Origin: an uncultured Gammaproteobacteria bacterium
Lineage (GTDB): Bacteria; Pseudomonadota; Gammaproteobacteria; JACCXJ01
Length of the DNA stretch: 64,000 nt
Assembly: GCA_963764725.1 (NCBI GenBank)
Contig: CAVXTM010000009.1
Span: 1-64,000, forward strand
Direction of reading: 5' to 3'
The position numbers and the translations under genes are program-made. Below the pieces are notes generated by a model. The model searched no databases. It saw only the letters and a program-made list of their open reading frames with translations, and was not told where the DNA came from. Shown piece after piece: positions 1 to 9,935 of the stretch. Within the stretch, counting starts at the first letter, position 1; each line of letters opens with the position of its first letter.

Positions 1-43
1 GCCGACAACGATCCGCTGTTCCGTTTTCATCGGTGGTTGGCGC

Positions 44-430
44 GAAGGCAAGGGCGTGGCCGACCTGCTGGTCGCGCCAATCAGCAAGCGGGCCTACGAC
101 TTCACCGGCACGCTGTCATTCTCCTGGCCGAAGTCGGCCTGCCAGACCGATCTCAATGCGGGCCAGCCCGGCTATGCGCCCTTGTTCGCGCTCGGCTACG
201 GCTTGCGCAAGGGTAGCCGATCCCATCTTGGCCAGCTTGACGACAGCTATCCTGCTGGAGGCTGCGGTGTCAGCAACACCTACCCGGTGTTTCGCCAGGC
301 CGCGCCAGCAAGCAGCTGGGCGCCGATCTCAATGTCGTTGTCAGGCCGGCCCGGCGTAACGGTGCAAACCTCCCAGATCAACACCCAGCAAGATGCCAAG
401 CTGGTCACCTGGGGCGAGCCCGGGGTCGGT
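44..430 (+). pseudogene. Fragment resembling the C-terminal part of a GH3 glycoside hydrolase
   Basis: Translation EGKGVADLL..DFTGTLSFSWP..YAPLFALGYGL resembles GH3 C-terminal motifs; no clear start, and it abuts the integrase remnant. Confidence 0.45.
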
Positions 431-439
431 TGCCACCAC

Positions 440-706
440 CCGTTTATCGAGAAACAGCAGGGCATTGAGTGCCTGAGACTGAGTGCTCGCCGAGACCTGA
501 CGCGGACCGGCCAAGTGATTGAGGAAGGCCACGACCTCGGTCTTGCCCATCTCAGAAGGATGGCGCTTGCCGTGGAAGAGGATAAAACGGCGGATCCAGA
601 AGATGTAGGCTTCCTCGGTACGGGGAGAGAAGTGGCTGCGCCGGCAGACAAGGCGCAGTTGATCCAGAAAGCGGGGTTGTTTGGGAGCGGTTGGTTGCAT
701 GAGCAT
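440..706 (-). pseudogene. intI: Integron integrase, N-terminal (SAM-like) fragment only
   Basis: PRFLDQLR..RSHFSPRTEEAYIFWIRRFILFHGKRHPSEMG..FLNHLA..VSASTQSQALNALLFL is the typical IntI N-terminus; AGGAGG RBS upstream; catalytic domain absent; divergent from the cassette array. Confidence 0.85.
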
Positions 707-776
707 GTCCTCCTGTGGGGAAAGACCGCATGTTCGACGCGAATGCGTGAACGATAGGCGGGTCCGTTCATCCAGA

Positions 777-899
777 TTTGGATAGACGGAAGCGTCAGAG
801 GTAGTATGTTGTTCGGAAAAGGCTTCCTCGCTACGACCAGACCTATTGCGAGAAGAGATAGACGGAATGATGATCTGTTCATTCACATAACAGTTAGGC
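777..899 (+). other. attI-like site / integron platform region
   Basis: Lies between the intI start and the first cassette; ends in the GTTAGGC core (893-899); near-duplicate at 1970-2089. Confidence 0.65.
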
Positions 900-936
900 G
901 TTCTTCACGCTGGTACCATAGTAGAAGGGAGCTATC

Positions 937-1752
937 ATGAATCCAAACAAAGCGTTGTGGGAGAAAGGCGACTTTACCGAGATTGCCGCCTTGATGCGTC
1001 AATCTGGAGAAGCAGTCGTTAAGTCTCTCGGGATAACGACGCCGCTGCGGGTCTTGGACCTCGGCTGCGGAGATGGCACTACGGCGGTTCCTCTAGCCCG
1101 CTTGGGGGCTGAAGTTGTTGGAATCGACATTGCCAAGAACCTCGTTGACGCCGGGAACAAACGAGCTGCGGAGGCGGGTCTCAACCGACTGACATTTCAA
1201 GAGGGAGATGCGTGCAACCTGCAAGGGGTCAGCGACCATTCGTTTGATTTGACCCTCTCTGTATTCGGCGCCATGTTTGCTCCCAAGCCCTTCGACGTCG
1301 CCAAGGAGATGGTCCGGGTCACAAAACCAGGTGGTCGTATTGTGATGGGCAACTGGATCCCAAACGATCCAACTTCATTCGTGTCGCAGCTGCTGAAGAT
1401 AAGCTCATCGTTTATGCCTCCGCCTCCAGAAGGCTTCGTCAGTCCAATGACTTGGGGTGTGGATACTCACATCATCGAGCGTTTTGGTCAGGCCGGAGTG
1501 CCCAAGGAGAAGATATCCATGGTCAAGGACACGTACTACTTCATATCGCCTGACAAAAGCCCAACAGATGTCATCGAATCATTTAGACGATTCTATGGCC
1601 CAACCATGAACGCTTTCGAAGCGGCTCAAAAGAGCGGAAAAGTGGAGGAGCTCCACAACCAACTTTTGGAACTGGCGAAAGCACAGAACAAGAGCACTGA
1701 CGGCGGCACTTCAATACCTGCTACCTTCTTGCGAGTGACTGTTTGCCTTTGA
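937..1752 (+). CDS. Class I SAM-dependent methyltransferase (gene cassette)
   Basis: VLDLGCGDG motif I, EGDA, KPGGRI; flanked by GTTAGGC and GCCTAAT. Confidence 0.9.
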   Translation: MNPNKALWEKGDFTEIAALMRQSGEAVVKSLGITTPLRVLDLGCGDGTTAVPLARLGAEVVGIDIAKNLVDAGNKRAAEAGLNRLTFQEGDACNLQGVSDHSFDLTLSVFGAMFAPKPFDVAKEMVRVTKPGGRIVMGNWIPNDPTSFVSQLLKISSSFMPPPPEGFVSPMTWGVDTHIIERFGQAGVPKEKISMVKDTYYFISPDKSPTDVIESFRRFYGPTMNAFEAAQKSGKVEELHNQLLELAKAQNKSTDGGTSIPATFLRVTVCL

Positions 1753-1793
1753 GTTCATGCCACGACGAGGCTCCGTCTGACGCTAAGATAGAC

Positions 1794-1882
1794 GCCTAAT
1801 GCGGCTGCAGGGGACGCGCCGAGAAGCGTCGTCGTTCTTTGCTGGCATCGTGCCGGCGCCCCGCTGATGCCGGACGTTCAGC
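1794..1882 (+). other. attC site (degenerate)
   Basis: GCCTAAT (near-complement of the cassette-start GTTAGGC) ... GC-rich imperfect palindrome ... GTTCAGC. Confidence 0.6.
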
Positions 1883-1969
1883 GTCCGCTTTGAGGTGAAT
1901 CACGATGTTGGTGTGAATGACTCCTCCGGGTTGACAAGCGTCCCATAGTTGTGATGAGCCAGCCTTGTG

Positions 1970-2089
1970 TTTGGATAGACGGAAGCGTGCGAGGTAATAT
2001 CTTGTTCTGGAAGAGCTTCCTGGCTACGACCAGACCTATTGCGGGAAGAGATAGACGGAATGACGTTCTGTTTACATAATAGTTAGCCC
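1970..2089 (+). repeat. Second, diverged copy of the attI-like region
   Basis: ~120-bp imperfect direct repeat of 777-899 (TTTGGATAGACGGAAGCGT...CTACGACCAGACCTATTGCG..GAAGAGATAGACGGAATGA..CATAA.AGTTAG). Confidence 0.75.
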
Positions 2090-2230
2090 CCCAATGCCCT
2101 CCATGATCAGCCCCTCAGAGTTCCTACTGAACGATCCTTTCGTCTGCGGCCACAAGCGCGGCACTGGTCGCTCTCATGCTTTGGCTAACCAAAGCGTGGA
2201 TCGGAGAGAGACTCAGAAACGCGATTCGAT

Positions 2231-3610
2231 GAGCTTCCGTCAAGAGGTGTGTAAATAAGTTCAGGCGGCCTTTCTGATGGTGTCATTATTTGTTCGTATT
2301 CCATCGGCGAATGCGACGCCGTTATAGATGTCTTTCAGTAGCTCGGTGGCGTTGAGCCGGCGGAAAGTCGTTTCAGCGACCATCATGATTTTCCAGATCA
2401 GGGCGGTGGCGTTATCGACTTTCTTGAACCGCTTGGCCGCATTGGTACGTAGCCGCACAGCGGCGAAGGGCGATTCGATCGGATTGGTGGTTCGCAAGTG
2501 GATCCAGTGTTCTTTGGGATAGCGGTAGAACGCCACCATGCGCTCCCAGTCGTGATCGAGAAGCTCAGCGGCGGCTTGGAAGCCTTGTTGACGGCACCAG
2601 CGTTGGAAGGTCGCTTTGGCCTTCTCCGCTTCTTGGCGGGTAGGGGCATAGGGGATCGGACAGAGCAGCGCTTTCGCTTCGGCCTGGCGTTTCTTCGGAA
2701 GCTTATCCAAGAGGTTTAAAATGCGATGATTCCAACAGCGCTGTTCCTCGGCCTCGGGATACACCTCGGCCAGTCCACCCCAAATCCCCAGATGTCCATC
2801 ACCGACCACCAGGCGCGGTGCACGTAGGCCACGTTTCTTCAAATCCCGTAACACCGCCGACCAACTCTCGGTGGATTCCCGAAACCCGGGGGTGATGGCT
2901 AAAAAGGCCTTGCGCCCATCGCTCAGGCCCGCCACGACCACTAAGAGCGCGGCCTTCTCCTTCTCCAATCCCGCCTTGACATACACCCCGTCTACCCACA
3001 AATAAACGACCCCCAACTCCGCGAGAGGCCGTTGATTCCAAAGCGCATATTCCCCCGCCCACTTCGCTTTCAGCCGCGCCACCGAACCCCCCGAAAGCGG
3101 CGCCCCATCCCCGAGCAGCCCCCGCAGCGCAAGCTCAAAGTCGCCCAGGGATAACCCATGGAGATACAACGTGGGAAGTAACTCCGCCACCGTCTCCGTG
3201 CGGCGGACAAATAAAGGCAACAACCTGCTCTCAAAGCGCTCCTCCACCCCTCGCACCCGCGGCCTCGCAAGCTCCACCGTCCCACAGCTGAGGCCCAACT
3301 TCCGTACCTTCCCATACCCATTGCGGTACCCGCCCGGGCCGTCTATCTCCGCCCGACGCTCCGATTTCTCTCGCCCTAAGAACACGGTGACTTCCTCTTC
3401 GAGCAGAATCTTGCAAATACCCTTGAATCCGCCCACGGACCCATTCCTCGAGATTCTCCCATACCACACTTGACCTACCCACTCCTTCGGTGCTTTGCTT
3501 CTTCATGGCGGTGTGCTCCTTTCTCTCGGGCCTGCCAGCCCGTTCTTTGTTAATTACTACAGAAAGGGTACATCGCCTTCACCTTTTTACACACCCTTTG
3601 ATGGTACCTC
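2231..3610 (-). mobile_element. IS256-family element
   Basis: Imperfect TIRs GAGCTTCCGTCAAGAGGTGTGTAAA / GAGGTACCATCAAAGGGTGTGTAAA; no matching TSD, suggesting an adjacent deletion. Confidence 0.9.
2261..3506 (-). CDS. IS256-family transposase (frameshift near 3405)
   Basis: YLWVDG, GDGHLG, QRCWNH, HLRTTNPIES motifs; N-terminus is in the frame of ORF 3231..3506. Confidence 0.85.
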
Positions 3611-4476
3611 CCGAAGACTTGCGGTAATGCCTTCCAGAATCCCAAGGCCCCATCGCCGGTGGCCAGATGCGGATCGAGCTTCAAGCCACGGGCTTTCAGA
3701 TCCAATAGCACTTCCCGCCAGGACGCTTCACTTTCCCGATAGCCATCGGCGAGCGTCACCAATTCTTTCTTACCCTCAGCCGTCGCGCCGATCACCACCA
3801 GAATGCACTGGGCCGCATCTTCCAGCCGTACCCCGAAATGGATACCGTCGACCCATAGATACACATAGCGCCGGTTCGATAGATCGCGCCGTGACCAGCG
3901 CGCGTGCTCGTCTTGCCATACCGCCTTGAGCCGACCGATCGTGCTGGCCGACAAGCCCGGCGCCTCTCGCCCCAACAAAGCCGTCAGCGCCTCCTGAAAA
4001 TCACCTGTCGAGATCCCCTTCAAGTATAACCAGGGCAATAGTTCCTCCAGCGTCTTGGTGCGCCGTATATAGGGTGGCAATATCGAGGAGTTATACCGGA
4101 TCGTCTTTTCCCGGTCCCGAACCCGCGGTATTTTCACCTCCACCGCTCCCACACCGGTTTGTATCGTCCGTCCCGGCAGATGACCGTTACGTACCACACG
4201 CTGGCGTCCTTCCGCCGTTTCCTGTCCCATGAAACCTTCCAGAAAAACCGCAACTTCCGCTTCAATCGCAGCCGCTAGCATCCGTTGGGCACCCGCCCGC
4301 AGAATCTCTGTGAGCGCATCCGCGACCGGAGCCGGCGTCCCTGGATTCTTCAACGCAATTACTTTATCTTCACTCATGGCGTATTCACTCCTTTCAGTAG
4401 GAATTGATGACCTTGAAGACCATCAAGAATACGCCGCCTCCTTTACTCCTTCATCCACAACTTTCAATCATAACTC
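3611..4476 (-). mobile_element. IS256-family element, 5' half only
   Basis: Transposase starts at 4377 (RNGHLPGRTIQTG, YLWVDGIHF, GDGALGFW) and is cut at the neighbouring IS end; terminal GAGTTATGATTGAAAGTTGTGGA at 4476. Confidence 0.85.
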
Positions 4477-4686
4477 AACCTCCACGCGTGCGTAGCTGAG
4501 TACACAAAGGACTTCGAGATGGTAGGCGAGAAGCCTCGGCCAGAGCGTTTGGGAGATGCCGCAAAGGCATTCAGTGAGTTCAACCCCTACTTCACACAGA
4601 ACCAAATATTCTTGCCAAAGCGAGTCGCAGAGGTGGTTGCGACCGTAAATCAAGAACTACTCAGAATCGCAAATCGATTCACGATC

Positions 4687-5772
4687 CTAGTGTAGTGCTT
4701 CGTTTTTCTTGGAACTTAAGCGGTGATTGGCACGAATGACCTTTTGCAGAATGTCGTTGGCCTTGGCGGTCCAGACGAAGGGCTTGGGGTCATGGTTATG
4801 CACGGCGATATAGTCCTGGATGGCGCTGATAAGTTCGGGGAGGCTGCGGAATACACCGCGGCGCAGGCGTTCGGTCGTGATGTCGCGGAAAAACCGTTCG
4901 ACCATATTGAGCCAAGAGGCCGAGGTCGGGGTGAAATGCACCTGGAAACGCGGATGTTTCGCGAGCCACGCCCGGACCGTGGGATGCTTATGCGTGGCGT
5001 AGTTGTCGCAAATCAGATGCAGGGCTTTGCCCTTTGGGGTTTCCCGATCAATCTGGCGCAAGAAGGTCAGCCATTCTTGGTGACGGTGGCGATTATTACA
5101 GCGAGCGATGACCGAGCCATCGAGCGTGTTCAGCGCGGCAAACAGCGTCGTGGTGCCATGACGTTTGTAGTCGTGGGTCAGCGTACCCGCGCGGCCCCTC
5201 TTCAACGGCAACCCAGGCTGGGTACGGTCCAGGGCCTGCACTTGACTCTTCTCGTCGCAGCAGAGCACCAGCGCATGTTCAGGCGGCGACAAATACAGTC
5301 CGACGATGTCTTCGAGCTTCTCGACAAATTGCGGGTCGCGCGAGACCTTGAAGGTCTCGACCAAATGCGGCTTGAGCCCATTGGCGCGCCAGATCCGCAG
5401 CACGCTGCTGTCGCTGATCCCGACCCTTGCCGCCAGCGTGCGCGTGCTCCAGTGGGTGGCGCCTTGCGGTGTGCTCTGGGTGGTCAGGCGCACGACCTTG
5501 GCAGCGTTGATGCGGCGCTTGCGGCCGCTACGCGGCAAATCGGCTTCAATGCCTGCAAGCCCGCTTTGCGCAAAGCGCTTGCGCCAACGACCCACTTGAA
5601 TTCGCCCAACGCTTACCTCTCCTGCGATCTGGTGGTTGTCCATACCTTCGGCCGCCAACAGGATTATCCGTGCCCGCCGCGCCAGACGCACGCTGACCGT
5701 GCTCGACCGGGTCCATCGTTGCAGTTGTTGCCGTTGTTCATCTGTAAGCTCAATTACACCGGCTGTTCGCAT
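4687..5772 (-). CDS. IS630-family transposase
   Basis: HTH N-terminus, DEKS, HDYKRHGT, DNYATH, SWLNMVERFF. Confidence 0.93.
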   Translation of the reverse strand: MRTAGVIELTDEQRQQLQRWTRSSTVSVRLARRARIILLAAEGMDNHQIAGEVSVGRIQVGRWRKRFAQSGLAGIEADLPRSGRKRRINAAKVVRLTTQSTPQGATHWSTRTLAARVGISDSSVLRIWRANGLKPHLVETFKVSRDPQFVEKLEDIVGLYLSPPEHALVLCCDEKSQVQALDRTQPGLPLKRGRAGTLTHDYKRHGTTTLFAALNTLDGSVIARCNNRHRHQEWLTFLRQIDRETPKGKALHLICDNYATHKHPTVRAWLAKHPRFQVHFTPTSASWLNMVERFFRDITTERLRRGVFRSLPELISAIQDYIAVHNHDPKPFVWTAKANDILQKVIRANHRLSSKKNEALH

Positions 5773-5850
5773 GTTCGCCTCCTCGTTCGATCTCTAGATC
5801 AGATCGACCGGAAGGCATATAGTTCCATCAATTCAGAAGCATTACACTAG
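4687..5850 (-). mobile_element. IS630-family element
   Basis: CTAG at both ends; TIR TGTAGTGCTTC / GAAGCATTACA. Confidence 0.92.
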
Positions 5851-6185
5851 TTGATCGGCCAAACGCTCCCGACTACGACGAATGGATCAAGCTGACAGAA
5901 AAGCTCGAAGTCGATATCCGTCGCGCGTTCGAAGGCCTCGAAGATGAGTTGCGCAGCACCCTCGGCGACCGGGGCTAACCAGTAAGGATTGAGACGACCA
6001 TGGATGGTCGTTTCAATCCAATGTTCAAGAAGCCCGGTGTTGGGTGGGTTCTTTATTAAGGGGATTGCTTCGGTGAAGGGTGGGTGATGTGGTGGCTATG
6101 GGAATCGGGAGCTGGAGATAGCCGCAGTAGAGGGCGATCGGATCTGGGTGTTGGGTATCGTAATCGGATTTAGGGACCTGTTGTC

Positions 6186-7166
6186 ACGCCTTTTCGGAAT
6201 TTCGGCGCATTGTGATCCAAGACGGGAGTTCCTTTGCGGTCAAGGACCGCTTGGATGATGTTTTCCCCGGTCGCTTCAAGCGCGTGAGCCCCGCGGCGGT
6301 AGAACTGCACGTCAGCATGGATTTGTTGAACGAAGCGCTCGAGCACATCACCCTGACCCCCGACACCTTCGGTGAGCGGGCCGAGCTTCCCGACCCTGGG
6401 AGTTTATCCGGCTGCCTATTGCTCGCCGACCGCGGTTACTTCAGCTTGCCCTATGTGGGGGAGATGATAAAGGCGGGGGCGAGCTTGGTGCTGCGGACCA
6501 AGACCAACCTCAATCCGCGGGTGGTCAACGCCTATGGGAAAGCGGGTAAACGCCTACGGCGGTTGTGTGGGAAGCCGTTGCAGGAGGTGCTCGAACGATT
6601 CCCCAAAAAGACCCCGGTAGATCTCGATGTATGCTGGCGGAATGCAGAGTCACACGTCTCCTGTCGCCTGGTGGTGAGCTTCAATCCGAAGACCCGTGAA
6701 TTCCGCTACCTCCTCACCAACCTCCCCCGTACCCGCTATGCTGCCGAGCAGGTCGGTTTGGCCTACAAGCTCCGCTGGCAGATCGAGCTCTTGTTTAAAG
6801 AGTGGAAATCCTACGCGAACCTGCACGCCTTCGACACCGGCAAATCCAGAGATCGCCGAAGGGCTCATCTGGGCCGCCATCGCCACCGCGACGGTAAAAC
6901 GTTATCTCGCGCATATCACACAGCATCTTGCCAACGTGGACATCTCGACCCGTAAAGTGGCCATGTGTGCATGCCATGTGATGGGAGCCATGGTAGCCGC
7001 GCTCCTCGATGGTCGGCTCTCGATAATTCGCAAGGCAATCAACAACGCCGTCGCCTTTCTTGCAACCAACGCCCGCCGTGCCCACCCTCAACGCGATAGG
7101 CGCATCGGACGCCTGGAACTGCATTTGGAACCAGTTTTCAACCAGGGCTTAAGTACCTAACTTATG
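6186..7166 (+). mobile_element. IS4-family element, 5'-truncated and frameshifted
   Basis: IQDGS, LADRGY, Y-x2-R-W-QIE-x2-F-K (YREK) motifs in ORFs 6212..6955 and 6696..7160; right end CATAAGTTAGGTACTTAAGCCC (reverse complement of 7145-7166). Confidence 0.8.
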
Positions 7167-7271
7167 AATAATGCCTTTCAGGGTGCGAATTAGGGGTCGC
7201 AGGCAAAGGGAGGCCGTGACCCGAAGAAAACACTGGGCGGTGCGGCGCGAGCGTTTGCAAGTTGCTATGGG

Positions 7272-8444
7272 CTACACATGGGCTGGGGATCGTGTCGAGC
7301 CGGGTGGTCTGAGGTTTGTGGGCATCCATGGGCGGCGGATGCGCCGTGAGCTATGGAAGCGGAGTCGTCCCCCGCAGGCCTGGCAGGTCGGTTGTGGCCG
7401 GGGTGGCAGTTCGACCTCCGGTACGGTCACGGTGAAGCCAAAGGCCAATTCGACTTTGGCCTTGAGATCTGCGATGGGCACCTTGGCGGTGGGCGACAGG
7501 AAGCCATAGTAGCGGACTCTGCATCCTCGGCGCGCCAAGCAGGGCCAATCCCTGGCCCTGGCCCTGAACCCGGTAGGCAAGACGTGCTGGAGGAAACGGC
7601 GGATGAACTCCAAGGCGTCGAGGATCACGGTCCGCAACCGAGCGCTGCCGGTTTTTTTGTAGGAGAAGGAGACCCGTCCGTCCTCGACCTTGAGGATGCG
7701 GTGATCCGAGATAGCCACCTTGAAGACGTAGGGAGCGAGATAGGCGATCGAAGCCTCGGCACGGGGTACGGCCTGGCAGTTGACGTTCCAGTCCTGCAGC
7801 CAGGTCTCCGAGGGGATCTGATCGAGCAGTCCGGCGGTGTGCATGAGATCGCGGAACTTGCCGCGGAACAGCCGTGAGAGGGCTTTCACGGGCAAGAAGA
7901 AGGCGAGGCTTGAAGCATGCCAGGCGCCATCCTCAGCGGAAAGCGCCCCGCCCGGCACGACGTAATGGATGTGTGGGTGATACTGCAGTTGCCGGCCCCA
8001 GGTGTGAAGCACGCCGAAGAAGCCGGCTTGGTCGGCGTTGAGGAAGCGCGGATCGCGCACCAGCGTCTTGATGGCTTGAGAGGATGCCTGGAACAGTGCA
8101 TCGTAGCCCAGTTGCTGGTGGCTACGCAGAAACGCGCGCAGGGGCTCGGGAACGGTGAAGGTGAGCATAAAGTGGTGGCCTGGCAGCTGGCGTTGGAGCT
8201 GTCGCTCGAGCCACTGCTGGGACTTGCGGTGTTGGCAGCCGGGGCAATGACGATTGCCGCAGGCGGCCGGAACGAGATGGTGATGGCCGCAGTCATCGCA
8301 CTGATAGCAGACTGAGCCATAGGTCTCGGTGCGGCATTGACAGATGGCCTCGATGGTCTTTTTGTGCTCTCTGGGCATGGATTGTTCGTAGTGCTGGAGA
8401 TATCCAGGGCCGTAGGTGCGGAAGATGTCATTGATGATGCCCAT
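7272..8444 (-). CDS. IS91-family rolling-circle transposase (Zn-binding N-domain + Y2 HUH), carrying an in-frame 43-bp insert
   Basis: CRT..CxxC..CGNRHCPGC, HTWG..HPHIH, YLAPY, EFIRRFLQHVLP.GF..VRYYG. Confidence 0.9.
   Translation of the reverse strand: MGIINDIFRTYGPGYLQHYEQSMPREHKKTIEAICQCRTETYGSVCYQCDDCGHHHLVPAACGNRHCPGCQHRKSQQWLERQLQRQLPGHHFMLTFTVPEPLRAFLRSHQQLGYDALFQASSQAIKTLVRDPRFLNADQAGFFGVLHTWGRQLQYHPHIHYVVPGGALSAEDGAWHASSLAFFLPVKALSRLFRGKFRDLMHTAGLLDQIPSETWLQDWNVNCQAVPRAEASIAYLAPYVFKVAISDHRILKVEDGRVSFSYKKTGSARLRTVILDALEFIRRFLQHVLPTGFRARARDWPCLARRGCRVRYYGFLSPTAKVPIADLKAKVELAFGFTVTVPEVELPPRPQPTCQACGGRLRFHSSRRIRRPWMPTNLRPPGSTRSPAHV
7520..7562 (+). repeat. 43-bp palindromic mini-element, copy 1
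   Basis: TGCATCCTCGGCGCGCCAAGCAGGGCCAATCCCTGGCCCTGGC; 42/43 identical to the reverse complement of 33517-33559. Confidence 0.9.
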
Positions 8445-8445
8445 C

Positions 8446-9318
8446 TCAGAGTCCCTCCATCACCTGGTTGATGAGGGCCGAGGCGTTTTCCTGACCGGTC
8501 TGGGTCAGGTGCAGGTAGATCATGGTGGTTTCAAGACTGCTGTGGCCGAGGTAACGTTGGATGGTGCGGATATTGACGCCCGCTTCCAGGAGGTGTGTGG
8601 CATAGGAGTGCCTGAGAGAATGCACGCAGGCTTCTCGGGCTCGGATCTGGGCTGCGAACTTGGCGCGCCGGAAGGCGCCCTGCACCGAGCTTTTAGCCAT
8701 GGGATGGTCAGCCGAGCGTGCGGACTTCGCATTACGCCCCATCGCCGGAAAGAGAAGTCTCGGGTTGCGGTGTGAAGCCCAGTGTTTGCGCAGGATGAGG
8801 AGGGTTGCTTGGGGCAGCGGGAGGAGGCGATCCTTGGAGCCTTTCCCGCGGTGGATGTGCAACATCATGCGCTGGCTATCAATATCCCCCACCTCCAGAT
8901 GCTGGGCTTCCTGCAAGCGCAGACCGCAAGCATAGACGGTGGCGAGGAAGGCGTAGTTATGCGGGGTGCGTACGCAGCCCAGGAGTCGGCGGACTTCTTC
9001 ACGGCTGAGCACCGTGGGCAACTGTTGCTCGCGTTGAGCATGGATAAGCTTGAGCGTGTGCCAGTCGCGATGCAGGACATGCTCGAAGAAAAACCGCAGC
9101 CCGCTGTAGCAGATCCGCAAGGTCGCGGGTGACCAACGATCGACGTTACGCCGGTGGAGAAAATAGCGCTGCAGATCGTCCTCGGTGATCTGATCCGGGG
9201 TTTTATGGTAGAACTCAACAAGCATGCGCACGGCGCGGGTGTAAGCTTCTTGGGTGCGTTCGCCTTTACCGTTGAGCTGAAGGGCATTGATTGACTTCTG
9301 ATACCAATCTTTCATCAT
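8446..9318 (-). CDS. Tyrosine recombinase (XerC/D-like, integron-integrase-related)
   Basis: YACGLR, GKGSKDR, HSLRHSYATHLLEAG, LGHSSLETTMIY; stop lies immediately before the IS91-like transposase start. Confidence 0.92.
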   Translation of the reverse strand: MMKDWYQKSINALQLNGKGERTQEAYTRAVRMLVEFYHKTPDQITEDDLQRYFLHRRNVDRWSPATLRICYSGLRFFFEHVLHRDWHTLKLIHAQREQQLPTVLSREEVRRLLGCVRTPHNYAFLATVYACGLRLQEAQHLEVGDIDSQRMMLHIHRGKGSKDRLLPLPQATLLILRKHWASHRNPRLLFPAMGRNAKSARSADHPMAKSSVQGAFRRAKFAAQIRAREACVHSLRHSYATHLLEAGVNIRTIQRYLGHSSLETTMIYLHLTQTGQENASALINQVMEGL

Positions 9319-9486
9319 GGCCGTTCTCCTGTCATGGGGATGGGATGTCCGGAACCTTCCGCGGACCTCCGACAGGAAAACAGAGTTGACGTGAGGGCTA
9401 AAGGGCGACGGCCGATCAACCGCCGGCAAACCGAATTGCGACAGCCAACCTCAATGAACCGAATCTGCCGCGTAGCGGCTTACTTG

Positions 9487-9564
9487 AACCCTTCCATCGA
9501 GCGGACCCACTCCGGCCTACGGCCTCCGCGGGCCGCTCATGTCAAACGATGTCAAACGTTAACG
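9487..9564 (+). other. attC site (3' part; R'' displaced by the insertion)
   Basis: AACCCTTCCATCGAGCGGACC...GGCCGCTCATGTCAAAC(..)GTTAAC, typical attC L''/L' boxes; 10-bp tandem duplication near R'. Confidence 0.75.
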
Positions 9565-9935
9565 GTGTCTCGCCGGCAACGATCTGCGACATCCGCAAAC
9601 GGCGCAGTTGGAAACACATTGACTAACGGCCCCCTTTTTTATGGACTTAACTTTGAGGATTACATCATGCCAATCGGCAAGCATTTATCAGACTACAACC
9701 CCGACGGGACCTGCCTGCCTGTTGCCGGATAGGAGTAATAATTCGCAACAGACAGGGTCCCTCTACATGACGGCTTACCGGCGGGTTTAGAGGGTTATTC
9801 CGAGCGGCCGGTTTGGGCAGATTATTGTCGCCACACTCGAACGTCTCAAATGGGTCGGGTACCGACTTCTCGACATGCGGTCGCATACCGGCCATGAGCG
9901 GCCCATCGCGTCCGCCGAGTTGGCGTCAATGGTAT

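Larger units (their letters stand above)
2094..5978 (+). pseudogene. Hypothetical gene-cassette ORF split by three IS elements
   Basis: Pieces at 2094-2230 (..LMLWLTKAWIGERLRNAIR), 4477-4690 and 5847-5978 (..ELRSTLGDRG*); the last two join in-frame across the IS630 CTAG; bounded by GTTAGCCC (2082) and GGGCTAAC (5972). Confidence 0.7.
5980..9489 (-). mobile_element. Tyrosine recombinase + IS91-like (Y2 HUH) two-gene element inserted in an attC
   Basis: Two-gene operon; inverted GTTCAAG (6023) / CTTGAAC (9483-9489) motifs; terminal hairpin 5986-6019; AAC at both junctions; removal rejoins an attC. Confidence 0.7.

Noticed and set aside
4723-5850. Long antisense ORFs (4723..5850, 14303..15274, 32700..33770, 53519..54745 and similar)
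   Set aside because: Shadow frames of recognisable genes on the opposite strand in GC-rich DNA.
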